64,000 nucleotides of DNA from Dipteris shenzhenensis (taxonomy: Eukaryota), in NCBI GenBank assembly GCA_047967505.1, contig CM106538.1, one strand, 5' to 3'. The translations under genes and the position numbers were made by a program. Of this stretch, positions 26,401 to 40,689 are shown one piece after another; position 1 is the stretch's first letter, and every line of letters begins with the position of its first letter. Under the pieces are notes generated by a model. That model was not told the DNA's origin, searched no databases, and saw only the letters and a list, made by a program, of their open reading frames with translations.

Positions 26401-26581
26401 AGGCATGTTTAGAATGATTGAGCATAAGCAAAAGCAGAGAGCTGAATAGCCCATTTTTCTCTTAGTTTCAAAACAGAGTTTGATTGAGTATGCATGTGCT
26501 TTCTAGGTTAGGATTGTAGTTTTGCATGTTTGTAGGAAGCGGTACTTAAGTGTACGGGGTCCATTTAGTTTTTAATGTTTT

Positions 26582-26631
<50 letters not shown>

Positions 26632-27124
26632 ATATTCCTGTTTTTTGGAAGATTTTGTTTCTTGATTTTCTTGTTTATTTTTGCTTAGTCGCCTTCTTCC
26701 TTTCTTCTTTATTTCTTGTTTTCTTTCTCTTTTGTTTATTTGAGGTATTTTAGTAAGCATTGGGTTGCCCAAAAGACTCTGTGGGTCTTTAGAAACGCAG
26801 TATAGCTGCTTATGCTTGGGCACTGATGATGACATAAGTGTTGCTTTGCTTGCTAAGTATGTCTTCCTTTTGTTTTTCAAAAAAGTTTTTGTTACTTCTT
26901 TTTTATTCTCTTTCGTTTTCTCTTTTATTTTCTGTGTAGATCGTTGGACTTTAGAACAACAAAAAATCTAAATTTGTATGACTGGACATATTCTAGTCTT
27001 ACAAAGGTATATATAATATTAGGTGGTGATTTGGTAGGAAATAGTCAAACGACTTGTAACTTCATTGATGTGAAGCCCACCTCATGCACTAGCTTCAAAC
27101 GTCCTGTCACTTGATGTGACTATA

Positions 27125-27395
27125 CTGGATACTGAAGATCCAACACCATACTGTAGATGGTGTAAACAAGACCGTACTGAAGACAACAAAAGTAAACCAT
27201 ACTGAAGATGGTAAAGTCATACTGAAGGTGAAAAATCACACTGAAGGTGATAGACACTCTGAAGGTGATAGAGTCATACTAATGGTGACATATGTCACGC
27301 TGAAAATGGCATGGACATGCTGAAGTTGTCATGGACATACTTAAGGTCTCCTGTGCTAGCATTGTAAATAATGTGGTCATGCTGAAGACGACCAG
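27125..27395 (+). repeat. Degenerate ~21-bp minisatellite with core (C)ATACTGAAGRTG
   Basis: About 12 recurrences of ACTGAAG-like cores at ~20-25 bp spacing; a 35-bp direct duplication follows at ~27486-27557. Confidence 0.7.
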
Positions 27396-28043
27396 CTATA
27401 TTGAAATAGCGCACATGGTGATCAGCCATGGTAAGAGCTCTACACCAACCATGTGTACAAGATTTTAAGAAGATAACCAGGCCGGGTATTTAGTTCTGTC
27501 ACAAGAACTCACAACAAAACTGTATTTAGTTCTGTCACAAGAACTCGCAACAAAACTTACACGTGTGGTCAATAAACATATGATCATAATAAAGATCCAT
27601 AAATGGAATAAAGAAAAGTGTCGGTAAGTTGGGGATTTAGCTCTAAACTAGCAAAAGGCAAAGAAAAGCTTCTTGTTAACCTGGACATGGCAACACATTC
27701 CTCAAGTCATACATGGGACCTGCAAAAAAGTTGATGGGCATAGTATTGCAGCATATACATGAGCATTATCAGAAGAAATTATCTGCTACTCACCTTGTGG
27801 AAATGTCAATGTTGTGCCTTGCTGACATCTTTTGAACCATTGCACTCCGGCGGTAAAATAATCAGCTTGAGACTCTTGGCAATTTTCAGCTTTTAAATTA
27901 GCTTTTCTGCCTGTGTAGGACCCTTGCACCAATTCAGTCTGGATTAGATGTTTCTTTGTTTTATCTCCCTGACCATAGCATGCTTATGCTCTCTCTTTCA
28001 AGCACCATACTTCACTGTTTCCTAGCGTTGACTTATCATGCAG

Positions 28044-28217
28044 GAGGACACTAGGTGGGGGGGATTGAAATCAGGGCAGCGTATGGCAGAAGCTGAGCCT
28101 GTATTCAGGAGAATCGAGGATGAAACTGAAAGATCTGCTCCAAAGACCAGTCACAAGGTTGTGCCACAGAAGAAAACAAAGAAAGCGAAAGAAGAGGCAA
28201 AATTGATTGCTTCATGA
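28044..28217 (+). CDS. OVA1: Organellar methionyl-tRNA synthetase, last coding exon (not in the ORF track)
   Basis: TGCAG|GAG acceptor, phase 0; EDTRWGGLKSGQRMAEAEPVFRRIE...AKLIAS-stop matches the plant organellar MetRS C-terminus (WGGL..GQ......PVF.RIE plus Lys-rich tail). Confidence 0.92.
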   Translation, partial: EDTRWGGLKSGQRMAEAEPVFRRIEDETERSAPKTSHKVVPQKKTKKAKEEAKLIAS

Positions 28218-31200
28218 TTCTGCCTGACAGTCAATTTGATGTGTGGGGATTTATAGTCCTTTGCTGTGGGAAGAAATTTTTTCAAATATTGAAGCACATG
28301 GCCTTCCATTAGTTGCCTCTGAATACTCCGTGGCAGAGGGCAATAACGCCTGTCAAAGATGGCTGCAATATTTGGAGGCTTGTGAAGACTGAAAGGAATA
28401 GCAGAAAATTTTGGTTCCAGGACCATGAAGCTCTTCTTGGGTTCATGCATGCAGACAACTGTTTCTGTGATATGTCCTTATCCAAAGAGCTAACAATGTA
28501 TTCTTAGTTCATAAAAGATGAATAGAGGTCTCAATACCTTTCACAGCTTCCCAAGTAGAGCGTCAATATGTAAGAGGATAGATTCCGATCCTAGTCAATC
28601 ATGATGTTGCTCAAGGCCACGGATGAGGCTGTAATCAGAGTTAAGGTACAGTCTCTGACTTATTGCACAAGATCAATGTGTTGGAGGACTGTCTCCTTCA
28701 CAGAATATTTTGGAGAAACTGGATTGTTTATTATTGATTGTAATTATTTATGTCTTGTAAATAACATACTTAGACCATCCTCTTGTTTCTCCTTGTATTT
28801 CAGCTTTTAGGTTTATGGCTCCAAGTTTCCCTCCTGGAGTTGGGCCTTTGGCAAATGCTTTTTAGCTTCTCAATAAACACCTCTTGGGGACAAATGTCTA
28901 CTTTACGAATGGCTGAACAGTAGGATCATATTTCTGATTCTGGTCCGCCCTTCATCTCCCAGAAGAATAGTGCTCTCATGATAGACTTGAAGGTATCTTT
29001 ACGACTGGGGAACGAGCGATGAGATTGGGTAGCAGGAAGTGTGTCCTACTGACAGGGAATGCATTACTTCTCAAAGAATAAAAAAGCACCATTGCCATTT
29101 GTTTTTCTTCACACAGCCATTTGTCACTATTTGCATCTAAATTGTGTGTCTTTCATAGCTTCATGTGTAGGAAACTACGCAAGATATGGTTTTGAGATGA
29201 GAGTTCTCAGCTCCCTTTTAAACACACAAAGATAGTGACAAAATAAAATAACTTTTTTGGAAGGATTTAGGGGCAGAGTTTTAATTTGGATTTGAACCAA
29301 TTTGATTACTGACAACTCAGTGCCACACAAAACTTGTTTTATTGTTATGGTATCTCAACCTTCTCAAGATGATGGTTTGATATGCAAATCTCAGAGGGGG
29401 TGCAGGGATGTGGGTAAAGCATAAATGAATAAAGTAAGATAAGTAGCCTGAATGAGCGAGCGATCTCCAAATCTTTTCATGGAGTATTGCGACATGCACT
29501 TCTGCACGCATATGTACTCTTCTGCATGCGCACACATGCATGTGCCCAGACATTTGGACATGCACACCGACTACTTGCCAAAGGTTACTTTATGGATGCC
29601 AACTTCAGTACTAACTGCCTACATTTGAGTTTCCAGTTTCCATTAATCGCATTAACATAGTCACCTATCATTGTCCCAATGCAACTTGAACACATGGGTG
29701 TACTCTCAAAGCCTGCCAACTCAAATATTTAGTGGTGCTCAACACTTTCATATATTGTCAATAAAATCTGTATGTGATGCTGTATATGACTATCATGTTT
29801 GCTTCCCCACTTAGTACTTGATTGTAGTTTTTCCCTGTTTTTCCACTTGGGATACACTGTAGAGTTGTACCAATATAACTTCCTTATTTATAGACTTTGA
29901 AAGGGTTGGCTCATGGTTCTATCTGCCAGAAAAGATCAAGTTAGTTTTACCTACAATATTTCTATTTTTACATGCGTCAAATCAAATGAAACATGTAATG
30001 CGAGTACAACACTTGGGATTGTAATGGGATCATAGAGTCTTCCACTATGACTGTCAATTTAGGAAGAAAAGAAAAGAGACACAAACAAAGTTAAAAAGTG
30101 TGTAGAAAGAGCTTTGCATGTTTGGCCCCATCACTTACATGACCAATGAAACTAGGATGCATCATTTGAGAAGGATAGGTAGTTCACATAAGCTCCGTAA
30201 TGCAATGTTGCACAACATGAACATCTATTGTAGCAAGGGTTGAGATGGTATGTCGAGGTCCGCATACAAAGTAAGCTACCATGCCACCACCACAAAGTTC
30301 TAAAAATCTTATAGCATTCAAGCTCTTTATTGGCCTCTTTCAAAGCTAGCTTGTAAGATATGGTTTAAAAAGGAAAGGAGATTTTGAACTTTAATATCTT
30401 CTTAGATTTTTAAATAGCTGCACGAATTTTGTACTTCAAATGTGCTTTTTCCAAGCATATGGTGCATAACAATGTTTGACCACATCTTCTCTTGGAATGA
30501 TAGACATAATACATGATCAATGTGTCATGTAGGGAAAACATTGCCCTTGCCCTTACACTTGCCTTTTGGAGTTGCAATGATATCAATGGTTTGCTAAGGC
30601 CTTGTTGTCTAGTCGCAACCACAAAAAATTCTTGTTATGATGGAAAGGAATTGGAATTCAATTTCTTGATGGTCATTATGCATCTTACAATTGAACCTCT
30701 AAGGTGATGTATATACGAAGAGTCCACTTGTTCTCCACAAAGGGCAAGCAATGCAATCATTTTACAAAGCAAGGACTAGCTACACATCATTCCTATTGTG
30801 TATCGTGTGCAATGCTTGAACATCTAAATCGAGTGTACGCATGCAATCCTTGAACATCTAAATTGACGTTTATCTATGTATATAGTTACAAAGATTACAC
30901 TTATGTCTCCATGCCAAATTGGCTTTCAGTCAATGTCGCTTGTCCTTTGACCAATAGAGGGCCGAAGGTACGGTTGACCTACCCACCCCTCCCCCTTACG
31001 ATTCATTAACACAATGTCCCAAATGCCCTTATGGACATAGTAGCATTGAAATTCTAATGCTTCCATCTATGCTATTCCTTTATTTGTATCATTGAATCTA
31101 GAGTGACTGGTTTTCATAGCTTGCCTTGAAAATAGGTGCCATGAGCTCTCCTTCCTAGCATTCAGTGTGTCTTGTGTTGGTTGCTTTTTAGGTCATGTGC

Positions 31201-34200
31201 ATGACCTAGTTTGGAGTTTCCCAACCATGGCATTGGAGACCCTCACATAGGAATGCATTTTTTGGCTTGCCTTTGAAGGTAACCTCAATGTCCATTTTTC
31301 CTCCGCTTAAGGTGCTATAGTCTATGTGCCCAAAATTTTATTCTATTTGATAGACAAAGTTAGATGGCCTCTTTTAACATTGATAATGGTGTTGTGTTTA
31401 GGCCCCTTATGTTGTTTGCCATGACTCTCTCTCTTGTTGAATCTTAGCATGCAATGATCCATAATACATTTGTAGTTTTCATGTTTAACTAGACTTTTGA
31501 TGTAGACTATTTTATTCAAGCTAGTCCTAAACTTCATCATGTACAAACTACTTAGAAACTACATTCATTGTTCATTCGTAGTATTTTGATTTTGCAAATA
31601 ATAGAGCCATGTTTCAACTAATAGTAATATGTTTGGGGTAATTCTTTGTGGTTGATTTTTTGACCATGAAGAAGGGTTCAACAAAGTGCCCTTTAACTAT
31701 CACTAGTAGAAAATATGAGACAACGTTCGAAGCATAATATTGGATTGCAATACTTTCTTTGACCAAAACCAAAGATCGATAATATGAAGAGGTTTGGCAA
31801 GGGTATTCTTAAAACATTATGAGTCCAATCTACATAATTAATTATCTTTATTTTGATTTGATTTTATTTTATGGGCGATGTTTCCCTTAATGTAGGCATT
31901 AAGGTATCCAATATAAACCATGCACATGGAAGACCACCCAAGGACGTTAAACTCTAGGATATAAAATAGGAAGGTCAAAGGGACTATCGTTACTAACACA
32001 TATTTACACAAATATATGAGGCATTCTCTTTCTCCAATTCCCCTCAAATATAAGAATATTAAATTTGTGTCAAGGGTACTTCTTGAATTGGACTTTTAAT
32101 TTTTTGGCTTGGACGATTAATGCACATGACACAAAAAGTATATTGAGTGCTCTTTGTATTCAAGACAATGTCCAAAAAGACTTTTGGCTAGATATTAATA
32201 TTGGTATTACTAGGCATTCTTTGATACAAATTTACTTTGCAAACATGTTTATTAGATTACTACTAATGCTGACAAATTAAAGATACTTGTTTAAGTGGTG
32301 TCTTATGTTCTGCATGGTTGAGATTCTTTTTATAAAACATGGCGATCCTTATCTCTCATGTCAAGCTTCATTTGCTTGACAATATTCCCAAATGGGAAAT
32401 TTCGTTTATGTAACAAAACTTATGGTTAGATATGAGGCTAAAGTTTTAACAAGGGGGTTCATATGGGAGTAGGGTTCTGAAGTAGGAGAATACTTCTACT
32501 TACAAAAAGCATCCTATAGGAACATTTTTGGGATGTAGGTAAGGAACCATTTTTAGGACGTAGCCAATTGAACACCCTAATCCATGACATGCTACAAGAA
32601 TATACCCTTGAATATTGTAAATTCCCTATTAATGTGCCATTTTAAGGCCATCATAGGCACAAGGCACTGAGCCCTCCCCCTCGGTAAAGCATTCGTGGAG
32701 GGAAAACGAGGATTTGAAGGCCAGACAAAGATATAGCTAGGAAGGGAGCCTTAACCCCCAAGGGCTATAATGTCCTTGAAGGAGAACATCGGGGAGCAAC
32801 GATAAGAAAGAAGAGGAAAACTCCTATCTACCAATTGGTTCCCATAAGGATACACTGGAGCACATTGGTTAATTCCTACATGCATATGTGCATGTGGATA
32901 TATGGGTATATCTATTTTTTTAAAACGAGGGAACGTTCGAAAAAAACAAAATTTATAGGAACAAAAACAACTTAGGGATTAAGGAGCAAATGCTGCAGCC
33001 TGGATGCCAATCCCTCCATAGGTACAGGGAGGATCCTACGGAGACTTAATGACAGCAGGGTACTAGCAGACCACTACTCTGGAAGCTTGCAATTTAATGG
33101 AGCTTTCCTGCCCAGCCTTGGCGGCAGCATGGCAAGCCAAAAGCAGAGGCATCAAGGACTACCAACAAACCATCCCAAGGGTGGAATTCAGAGCCAACCG
33201 CATGACACATCAAAGCGAGAGCTCCTCACGCTACCCGAAGAGCTGGTTGGAGTTTCAGACTCACATTAGAAACAAGGTGAACGGATCCTGGAACCCCAAT
33301 GAACACTTTGAAAATCTATCACCTTCACATCCTCAGTCACAGAACCCTCCTTTGCATAGTTCATTCCTTCGCTCCCCTCATCTTGAGCTCTAAGACGGGA
33401 TCTGAGTGCTCCTAGAGCACAAAGAGGAAATGCTAGCCGAAATCTCCCAAGAGGTGTCCACTGAAACATGTGAAGCTCTGAAAGGAATATGTGGTACATC
33501 CTGAAGAGAGCAGGGCTCTATCACCTGTCGGCGGATCGAGAGTGCCCAAGAAGAAGGCTCATCCTCATAAAACACCTGGGGCCCAGTTAGGGATAACCAT
33601 GTCACCAAGCCCCAAGTCATGAAGAAAGGGGAAGTATGAAAAATGCTGAGTATCTGAGAGGATAACAGGGTATTATATTAGATGATTACATGGGTAAATC
33701 TTGATGATGAGGATCAAGTGGGTGAAAGAAGGCCCACATAATACAACTGGTAATGTGTATTGTCCTTCTTCTATGAAAACAGAGGATCAACTAATTAATG
33801 AACAAAGATGCGCAATTGTAAGAGATTGGCTCTTGATGATTAAGTAAATACACACAAATAATGCATGTCTTCACAAGCCCTCACTACGAGGCACTTGTGG
33901 ATGTCAAAAAAGCACAAAAGTGCCTCCAAATGGCAAGGGTAGAGGGAAATAAGGCAAGGCTAATGTGGCCTTATGACTACTCAAAATAGATGGAATACCT
34001 TCAATGAAGCTTAGAGTGACCTCCAATATTGAAGTCTGTTGAAAAAATATACTAGAATGGCCTAAAACAGATTACTATCTATTCAAGTTTGTTGACAAGA
34101 AAAAAGGAGATTCTGTCGATGAAATTATTTCCGTCAAATTTCTTCCTTTGAGCACCTTCAGATCTTTGAAAGGCCTTTGTTAAAGGGATCCCGGCAGGTC

Positions 34201-34311
34201 TTTGTACCCATCCATCTTAAATGTATCGAGCTAATATTGTTTTTTGACCACAAGCCATCCACTTTGAATTGCTCTGGATGCCAGTCCCGTTGATGAAGGC
34301 ATGCTTCAGAC

Positions 34312-35777
34312 ATGGACCTAGATGGAGCAGGTATGACCAGGACCTCATCGGACCGACACGGGCCTGTTACACCATATGGACACGCGCTCCTTGATCTGGG
34401 CAGGATGCATGATCTCATCATCTACAACGGGCTTGACCTATGGCCCTCCTCAGGTGGATTTACTTGCTTCCCACACAGGGGGGGCACTAGTGTAGTAGAT
34501 TACATCATGGGATCCCCTACCTTCAGTTCATGTATCACCGACTTCACCGTAGCACCACTCCCTCCAGGAGCTGATCACACATATCTATTCTTCATTATCG
34601 CCACCCCATGCTTAGCCACACCACATAGGAAGCACTACCACGACATACACTTTGATAACAGCCTCTCACCGGCCTACTCTAGACGCCTAAACAGACTCCT
34701 AACCTACATCGATCACATACCACTCATAGAGGACTGTGCTGCCCTGATTAGTCGCATACTCCATGAGGCTGCCCTCCAAATCTTTCCCCACACCACATGG
34801 TCCACTAGACCACCACCTCTTGGTTCTGTACCCTGCAACAATTGGTACGATGCGGAGTGCAAGGCTTATCGCCGACAGCTCCGACTTGAAACCAGATGTC
34901 ACCTCCCGAACACACCAAACACGGTACGCAAGTACCAACGTCTCGTACGTCGAAAGAAGCAGGCATTTCTTCGTTGAAATGAGGAGCTGCTGCTGCACAT
35001 CTTGTACAGCAACAACTCTAAGGATTTTTGGCGGAGATTCCTTGAGCGTAGGTCTCCATCACCCCTCACCGACATGAGAGTCTGGTACACGTATGCACAC
35101 CATCTTTATGATGTCCCACACCAGCCCACTCCATATCTCATACACACACCTCGCCCCACCACTTGCACGTTGTTCACCAGAGGGGGAGTCAAGGATGCAA
35201 CATTGAAATTGCACAATGGCTGAGCTAAGGATCATGAGGGGCTATGCACTGAGTTTATCGCATATGGGATCGACAAGTTAGCCCCGATCCTAGCAAAGCT
35301 ATTCAATGACGTTGTTTGCCTTGGCTTCCCCCGCACTTGGACACTCAAAACCATTACCCCCATCCACAAGGTAGGGGATCCCATGGACCCAAGTAACTAC
35401 AGGACTATCATGATTGGACATGTGATGTCCAAGACCTATGCAGCCGTATTGGATGCGTCGGTCAGCCTGTTCGCAGAGATGAGAGGGCTCAGAGTAGAGG
35501 GTCAAGCCGGTTTTAGGCGAGACCGTGGGACTATGGATCACATACTCACACTCAGGAGTGTCATTGAGGAGGCCAGATCATGGAAGGAGCGCGTATATTG
35601 CTGCTTTGTGGATTTCCGCAAAGCCTTTGACACAGTACCTCGAGCTCGTTTCATCACACGCCTACAGACACTGGGATTTGATCAGGAGATCATCTGGCAA
35701 TCATGGCACTATATGAGAGAGTCTCAGGCCGAGTTTATACAGGCGCAGGTTGGACAAATGAGATCTTGAGTACCATA
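34312..35777 (+). mobile_element. RTE-like LINE ORF2 fragment (APE endonuclease C-terminus to RT N-terminus)
   Basis: GFTCF...GTSVVDYI, NWYDAEC, DPSNYRTI, QAGFRRDRGTMDHI, FVDFRKAFDTV; contains stops and frameshifts. Confidence 0.9.
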
Positions 35778-36703
35778 CCGCATTTGGATGCGGCTAGACG
35801 CATACTCAGGTATGTGAAGTCCACATTGCAGTATGGACTATTTTATGAGGCTGGGGTTCAGATACAGTTGCATGGATACACTGATGCTGATTGGGCTGGT
35901 AGTATTTCTGATAGACGATCTACCAGTGGATATGTGTTCTCTTTTGGGAGTGATGTAGTCACTTGGAGCAGCAAGAAACAGCCTACAGTTGCCTTGTCGA
36001 GCACAGAGGCTGAGTACAGGGGTGCAGTAATGGCTGCATGTGAGGTAGCTTGGTTGCATAAGCTACTCTATGATATGCATCAGTCTACAGTGGGCCAGTT
36101 GTCATTTATTGTGACAACATGAGCAGTATACACTTGGCAAAGAACCCAGTCTTTCATGCTAGAACAAAGCACATTGAGGTGCATTATCACTATGTGCGGG
36201 AGAAAGTGTTACTAGGTCTTATTGATCTAGTTTATGTCAGCACAGAGGATCAGGTAGCTGACATATTCACGAAAGCATTGGGCACAGAGAAGCTGCGCAA
36301 GTTCAGAGACCTGCTTGGTGTGCAGGAATTGGGATTGAGCTCGAGGGGGAGTGTTGAGATATCGAGCTCCACTCGCGATATGCCAGGGTGACCATTGTGT
36401 ATTTATGTCACCGACTTGTTAGCTGGAGATGCGGTTGGTACACCGCCCACGAATAATAGCTGGATGACAGCTATCCTTATCTACTCTAGTTCGTGGCTCA
36501 GTTAGTATGCCACCTTAGTTAGTTGAGTTTGGTTTGAGACCCACATATAGGGTTCTTCTATTTCTTTGTACTAGAGTTCTTTTGGCTTTCACAACTAAGA
36601 AGAGGAAAACTGTTTTCAGCCTCCACCTTTGTGTGTATTCCCCCATTGTGATTGTGAGAAAGCCTCAAGTGAGACTCCTTCCCTCTCTCCCACTATCTTC
36701 ACA
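35778..36703 (+). mobile_element. Copia 3' fragment: RT end, RNase H, PPT and 352-bp 3' LTR (36352-36703)
   Basis: [46 protein letters not shown] then TGTTGAG...TCACA. Confidence 0.93.
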
Positions 36704-37115
36704 TCCCCTCCCCTCCCCTCCCCTCCCCTCCCCCTCCCCCTCCCCTTCCCCTTCCCCCTCCCCCTCCCCCTCCCCCTTCCCTTCCCCTCCCCTTCCTCAA
36801 CCCTCTCCCTTTCCATCCCCTCCCCATTCCCCTCCCCTCCCCTCCCCTTCCTCCCTCCCCCTCATCTCCCCTTCCCCCTTCCTCACCCCTCTCCCTTTCC
36901 CTTCCCTCCCCATCCCCATTCCCCTTTTCTCTCCTCCCCTTCCTCCGTCCCCCTCCTCTCCCCTTCCCCCTTCCTTACCCTGCCCTTCCCTTCCCTTCCC
37001 CTTCACCTCCCCTCCCCTTCTCCCTTCCTCCATTCCCCTCCTCTCCCCTTCCCCCTTCCTTACCCTATCTGACCCTTCCCTTCCCCTTCACCTCCCCTCC
37101 CCTACCCCCTTCCTC

Positions 37116-37151
<36 letters not shown>

Positions 37152-37300
37152 CCCCCCCCTCCTCTTCCCTTCCCTTCCCTTCCCCATCTCCATCCCTTCC
37201 CTTTCTCCTTCCCTTCCCTTCCCTTCCCTTCCCTTCCCTTCCCCATTCCCCTTCCTTTTCCTCCCTCTCTTTCTCTTTTTTCCCCTCCCTCGCCTCCATC
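36704..37300 (+). repeat. Polypyrimidine (CCCCT/CCCTT) low-complexity tract
   Basis: About 600 bp that is almost purely C/T. Confidence 0.95.
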
Positions 37301-37779
37301 AATAGTCATCGCAACATGTGCCACATGGACAAGTGCAGTGCACTAGTCCCACCATATGTATCAATGGCCTTCCATTGATGAACCAAGGACATGTATATTC
37401 CATGCATGCATGTGTAGCATCGTGTGTGACTCCACATCTACCAGATTTTAGAGTTTTTAAACTCTCAAAAGGTGTTTGTTACTACTGTTATGATATCTTG
37501 AAGATTTTAGAGGACTCTTATGGTAAATTAATGTCATGCATGGGCCATACATACATATATACATGCATGCATACATACATACATACATACATACACATAC
37601 ATACATACATACAAGCATGCATACATATAATTTTTCATACATTTAAATTACTTTTATTAATTTAAATGTAATTAAACTATTATTTTTTATTAAATTATTA
37701 ATTTAAATTGTTATTAAGTGCAGCATTATAGAGAGATATTATGAAATTTATTATGTGGAAATGACAATGCCCTCGAATC

Positions 37780-38331
37780 AGAAATGGCCTTCAAAACGGG
37801 CCCCGAAATGGCCTCTCGCCACACCGCGAAGGGCGTCTCAATCTGAGACAGTGCACTCTTGCACTTCCAGCTGTGCTCCCAAACTCGAAAAAGGAAAGCA
37901 ACACTGGTCCTCTTACCAGGACACCGCGAACTTGGTTTGCTTTCTTGAGCCCCTTACCACGAACCAGGCTCTGATACCATGTGAAGATAGTGGGAGAGAG
38001 GGAAGGAATCTCACTTGCAACTTTCTCACATACACAATGGGGGAATACACACAAAGGTGGAGGCTGAAAACAGTTTTCCTCTTCTTAGTTGTGAAAGCCA
38101 AAAGAACTCTAGTACAAAGAAATAGAAGAACCCTATATGTGGGTCTCAAACCAAACTCAGCTAACTAACGTGGCATACTAACTAAGCCACGAACTAGAGT
38201 AGATAAGGATAGCTGTCATCCAACTATTATTCATGGGTGGTGTACCAACCGCATGTGCAGCTAACAAGTCGGTGACATAAATGCACAACGGTCACCCTGG
38301 CATATCACGAGTGGAGCTCGATATCTCAATA
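37780..38331 (-). mobile_element. 5' LTR (37980-38331) plus PBS and leader of the same Copia family, inverted relative to 36352-36703
   Basis: Near-identical reverse complement of 36352-36703; rc PBS GCTCTGATACCA at 37968-37979. Confidence 0.93.
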
Positions 38332-38660
38332 GAAATATGATGGATTTACAGCCATTCACTATGCATATATGGTCAAAGTGATACAGGAACCAGAACCCAC
38401 TTCTTTTGAGCAAGCCATGGGAAAAGAAAAATGGGAGAAAGCCATGGATGAAGAAATGAATGCCTTGGAAGCAAATGCTACATGGGAATTGGTGCCTTTG
38501 CCTAAAGACAAGAATGCAATTGGCTGTAAGTGGGTTTATAAGGTGAAGCACAATGCAGATGGTTCTGTGAACAAATACAAGGCAAGATTAGTTGTCAAGG
38601 GGTATGCACAGACATATGGCATTGATTATGAAGAAACATTCAATCCTGTTGCAAGGATGG
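38332..38660 (+). pseudogene. Copia RT N-terminal fragment
   Basis: EPTSFEQA...WEKAMDEEM...IGCKWVYKVK...YKARLVVKGY.Q.YGIDYEETF. Confidence 0.93.
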
Positions 38661-38794
38661 CAGGTTATAAGGCATTGACTGAGTTTTGGTGGCTTGTCAA
38701 AACTAATGTATGATATGGCCAAGCGCCATGCTCGAACAACATTTTCATAAACTTTCCATTTGTGAAGGAGTTTTAGGATTAGTCCAAATGTAGA

Positions 38795-40300
38795 CATCAC
38801 CTGTGACCTTCATTTTGTAGACCCATTTACATGGCAATGCTTTCTTTCCATGTGGAAAAGAAAGCAAGTCCGAAGTCTTATTCTTCATAAGTGAACTCAT
38901 CTCTGATTGCATAGCATACTCCCAATTGCATTGATCCTCGTGCATCATAGCCTCTCTGTAGCAAGAAGGCTCCCCGCAATCAGTAAGCATCACATAGTCT
39001 ACCCCTTAAACAAACCTATTAGGCGGTCTAGACACTCTAGATGATCTTCTCAAGGGAATTTCAGCTTGCTGTCCCATCTGCATATCAGCCACATTTGGCT
39101 CATCATTTCCATCAATAGATGATCCATCATCTACCCTTGATTGTATACCTGTGGGAGTACTTGGTGGTACCATTTCTTGCACATTTGGTGCATGGACAGC
39201 TTGCTTTCTATCAACATATGAAGGTGGATTCACATCCTGGAAAGTGATTCTCCTCATTCCACATCCTTCATGGGTGTCTTATGCATCTTCTTTTCATTGA
39301 AGACTACATCATGGCTGCATATGATCTTCTTTGCTTCTGGATCCCAGAGACGATAGCCCATCTCTCCACTTTCACCATAACCCAGAAAGATGCATTTCCT
39401 AGCTTCTTTTGGCACATGTGCATATGCCTCACACCTAAATATACGCAAATGAGAGTAATAGGGCTTCTTGCCACTCCATGCCTCTTCAGGAGTACCACCA
39501 TCCAAACTCTTACTAGGTGATCTATTGATCACATGCACTGCAGTCTTCATTGCCTCAACCCAAAAACCACTAGAAAGACTTGCATTGGAAAGCATGCATT
39601 GCAACCTTTCTTGAATGGTTCAGTTCATCTTTTCTGCAACTAGATTTTGCTCTAGAGTATGAGGGGATGTGAGCTCCCTCTTAATCCCACATGTATCACA
39701 GAAATGCTGAAAGTCATGAGAGAGATACTCTCCACCATTGTCAGTCCATAGGCATTTAAGCATTCTACCTTACTGATTCTCAACCAAGGCCAGCCATTTC
39801 TGAAATACCTGGAACACATCACTCTTCCGAGCTATAGCATAAGCCCACACTTTCCTAGCCCACAGAGCTTCTCCTTCCTCCCATAGAGCTGCTGAGCTTC
39901 TAGGCATTCACGCACACTCAACAAGATCACCCACTCTGATACCAGTTGAGAGTGCTCTCAACAAAAGCAAGAACGGAAGAGGGAGAGAGAGAAACAGAGA
40001 GCCACAAGTTTTGGTGGGTGCAGAACACCCTAATCTTCTTTTTCATTCATTTATATATGTGTTTGAGTATTGTACATAACCGAGGTAAAGGCACAGTGAC
40101 CTTTAACCCCCACAGGTGGAGGGGCAAATGTAGTGCAAATGTGCTCAATGATGATGTGTCACTGTGAGTCACATGCAATGATGATGTGGCACTATGCCTA
40201 GCAAGAGGTGTGCCTGTGAAGTAGTGTGTTGAGGTGGCAACTGTGTGCATAGTGTGCCTGACAAGGGACTGTGCTTGTAGAGGGTCATTGCTGATTGGAC
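38795..40300 (-). mobile_element. Internally deleted Copia element (5' LTR, PBS, integrase, RT start)
   Basis: rc PBS at 39934-39944; integrase FWVEAMKTAVHVINRSP and GYRLWDP; RT EPSCYREA...LPCKWVYK; far LTR boundary uncertain. Confidence 0.85.
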
Positions 40301-40689
40301 AACTGATGTGGCACTATTGAGGTGGCACTGATGATGTGGTTGATGATGTGGTTGATGACATGGTAGGATGACGTGTCTTGATGATGTATCCTGCTGAGCT
40401 GGTAGGGGTGACATGGCAGATAAGGTCTGCCATCATGTGGCTGGTCCTTGACCAAGCCCTGGGGTGTGGTGACCCTGAGGATAATGTGACTAGGGTAACT
40501 GCCATGTGTTACAAAATCTGTGGTGTTAAGGGGTGAACTTATCGTGCCATGTGTCGTAAGGAGGACTACCGAAATCTTTAAGATTCCGACTAAGATGCCA
40601 ATTTCATCCTCCTGGGATTTCATCAGTGTCGTGTAGAGGTTATCGTTGGCTGAGGTCACCTGGAGATGCTTGGCACGTGAGCTGTCAGT

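Noticed and set aside
30150-33620. Possible old DNA-transposon or L1 remnants
   Set aside because: Only coding-like composition; no unambiguous motif or termini found.
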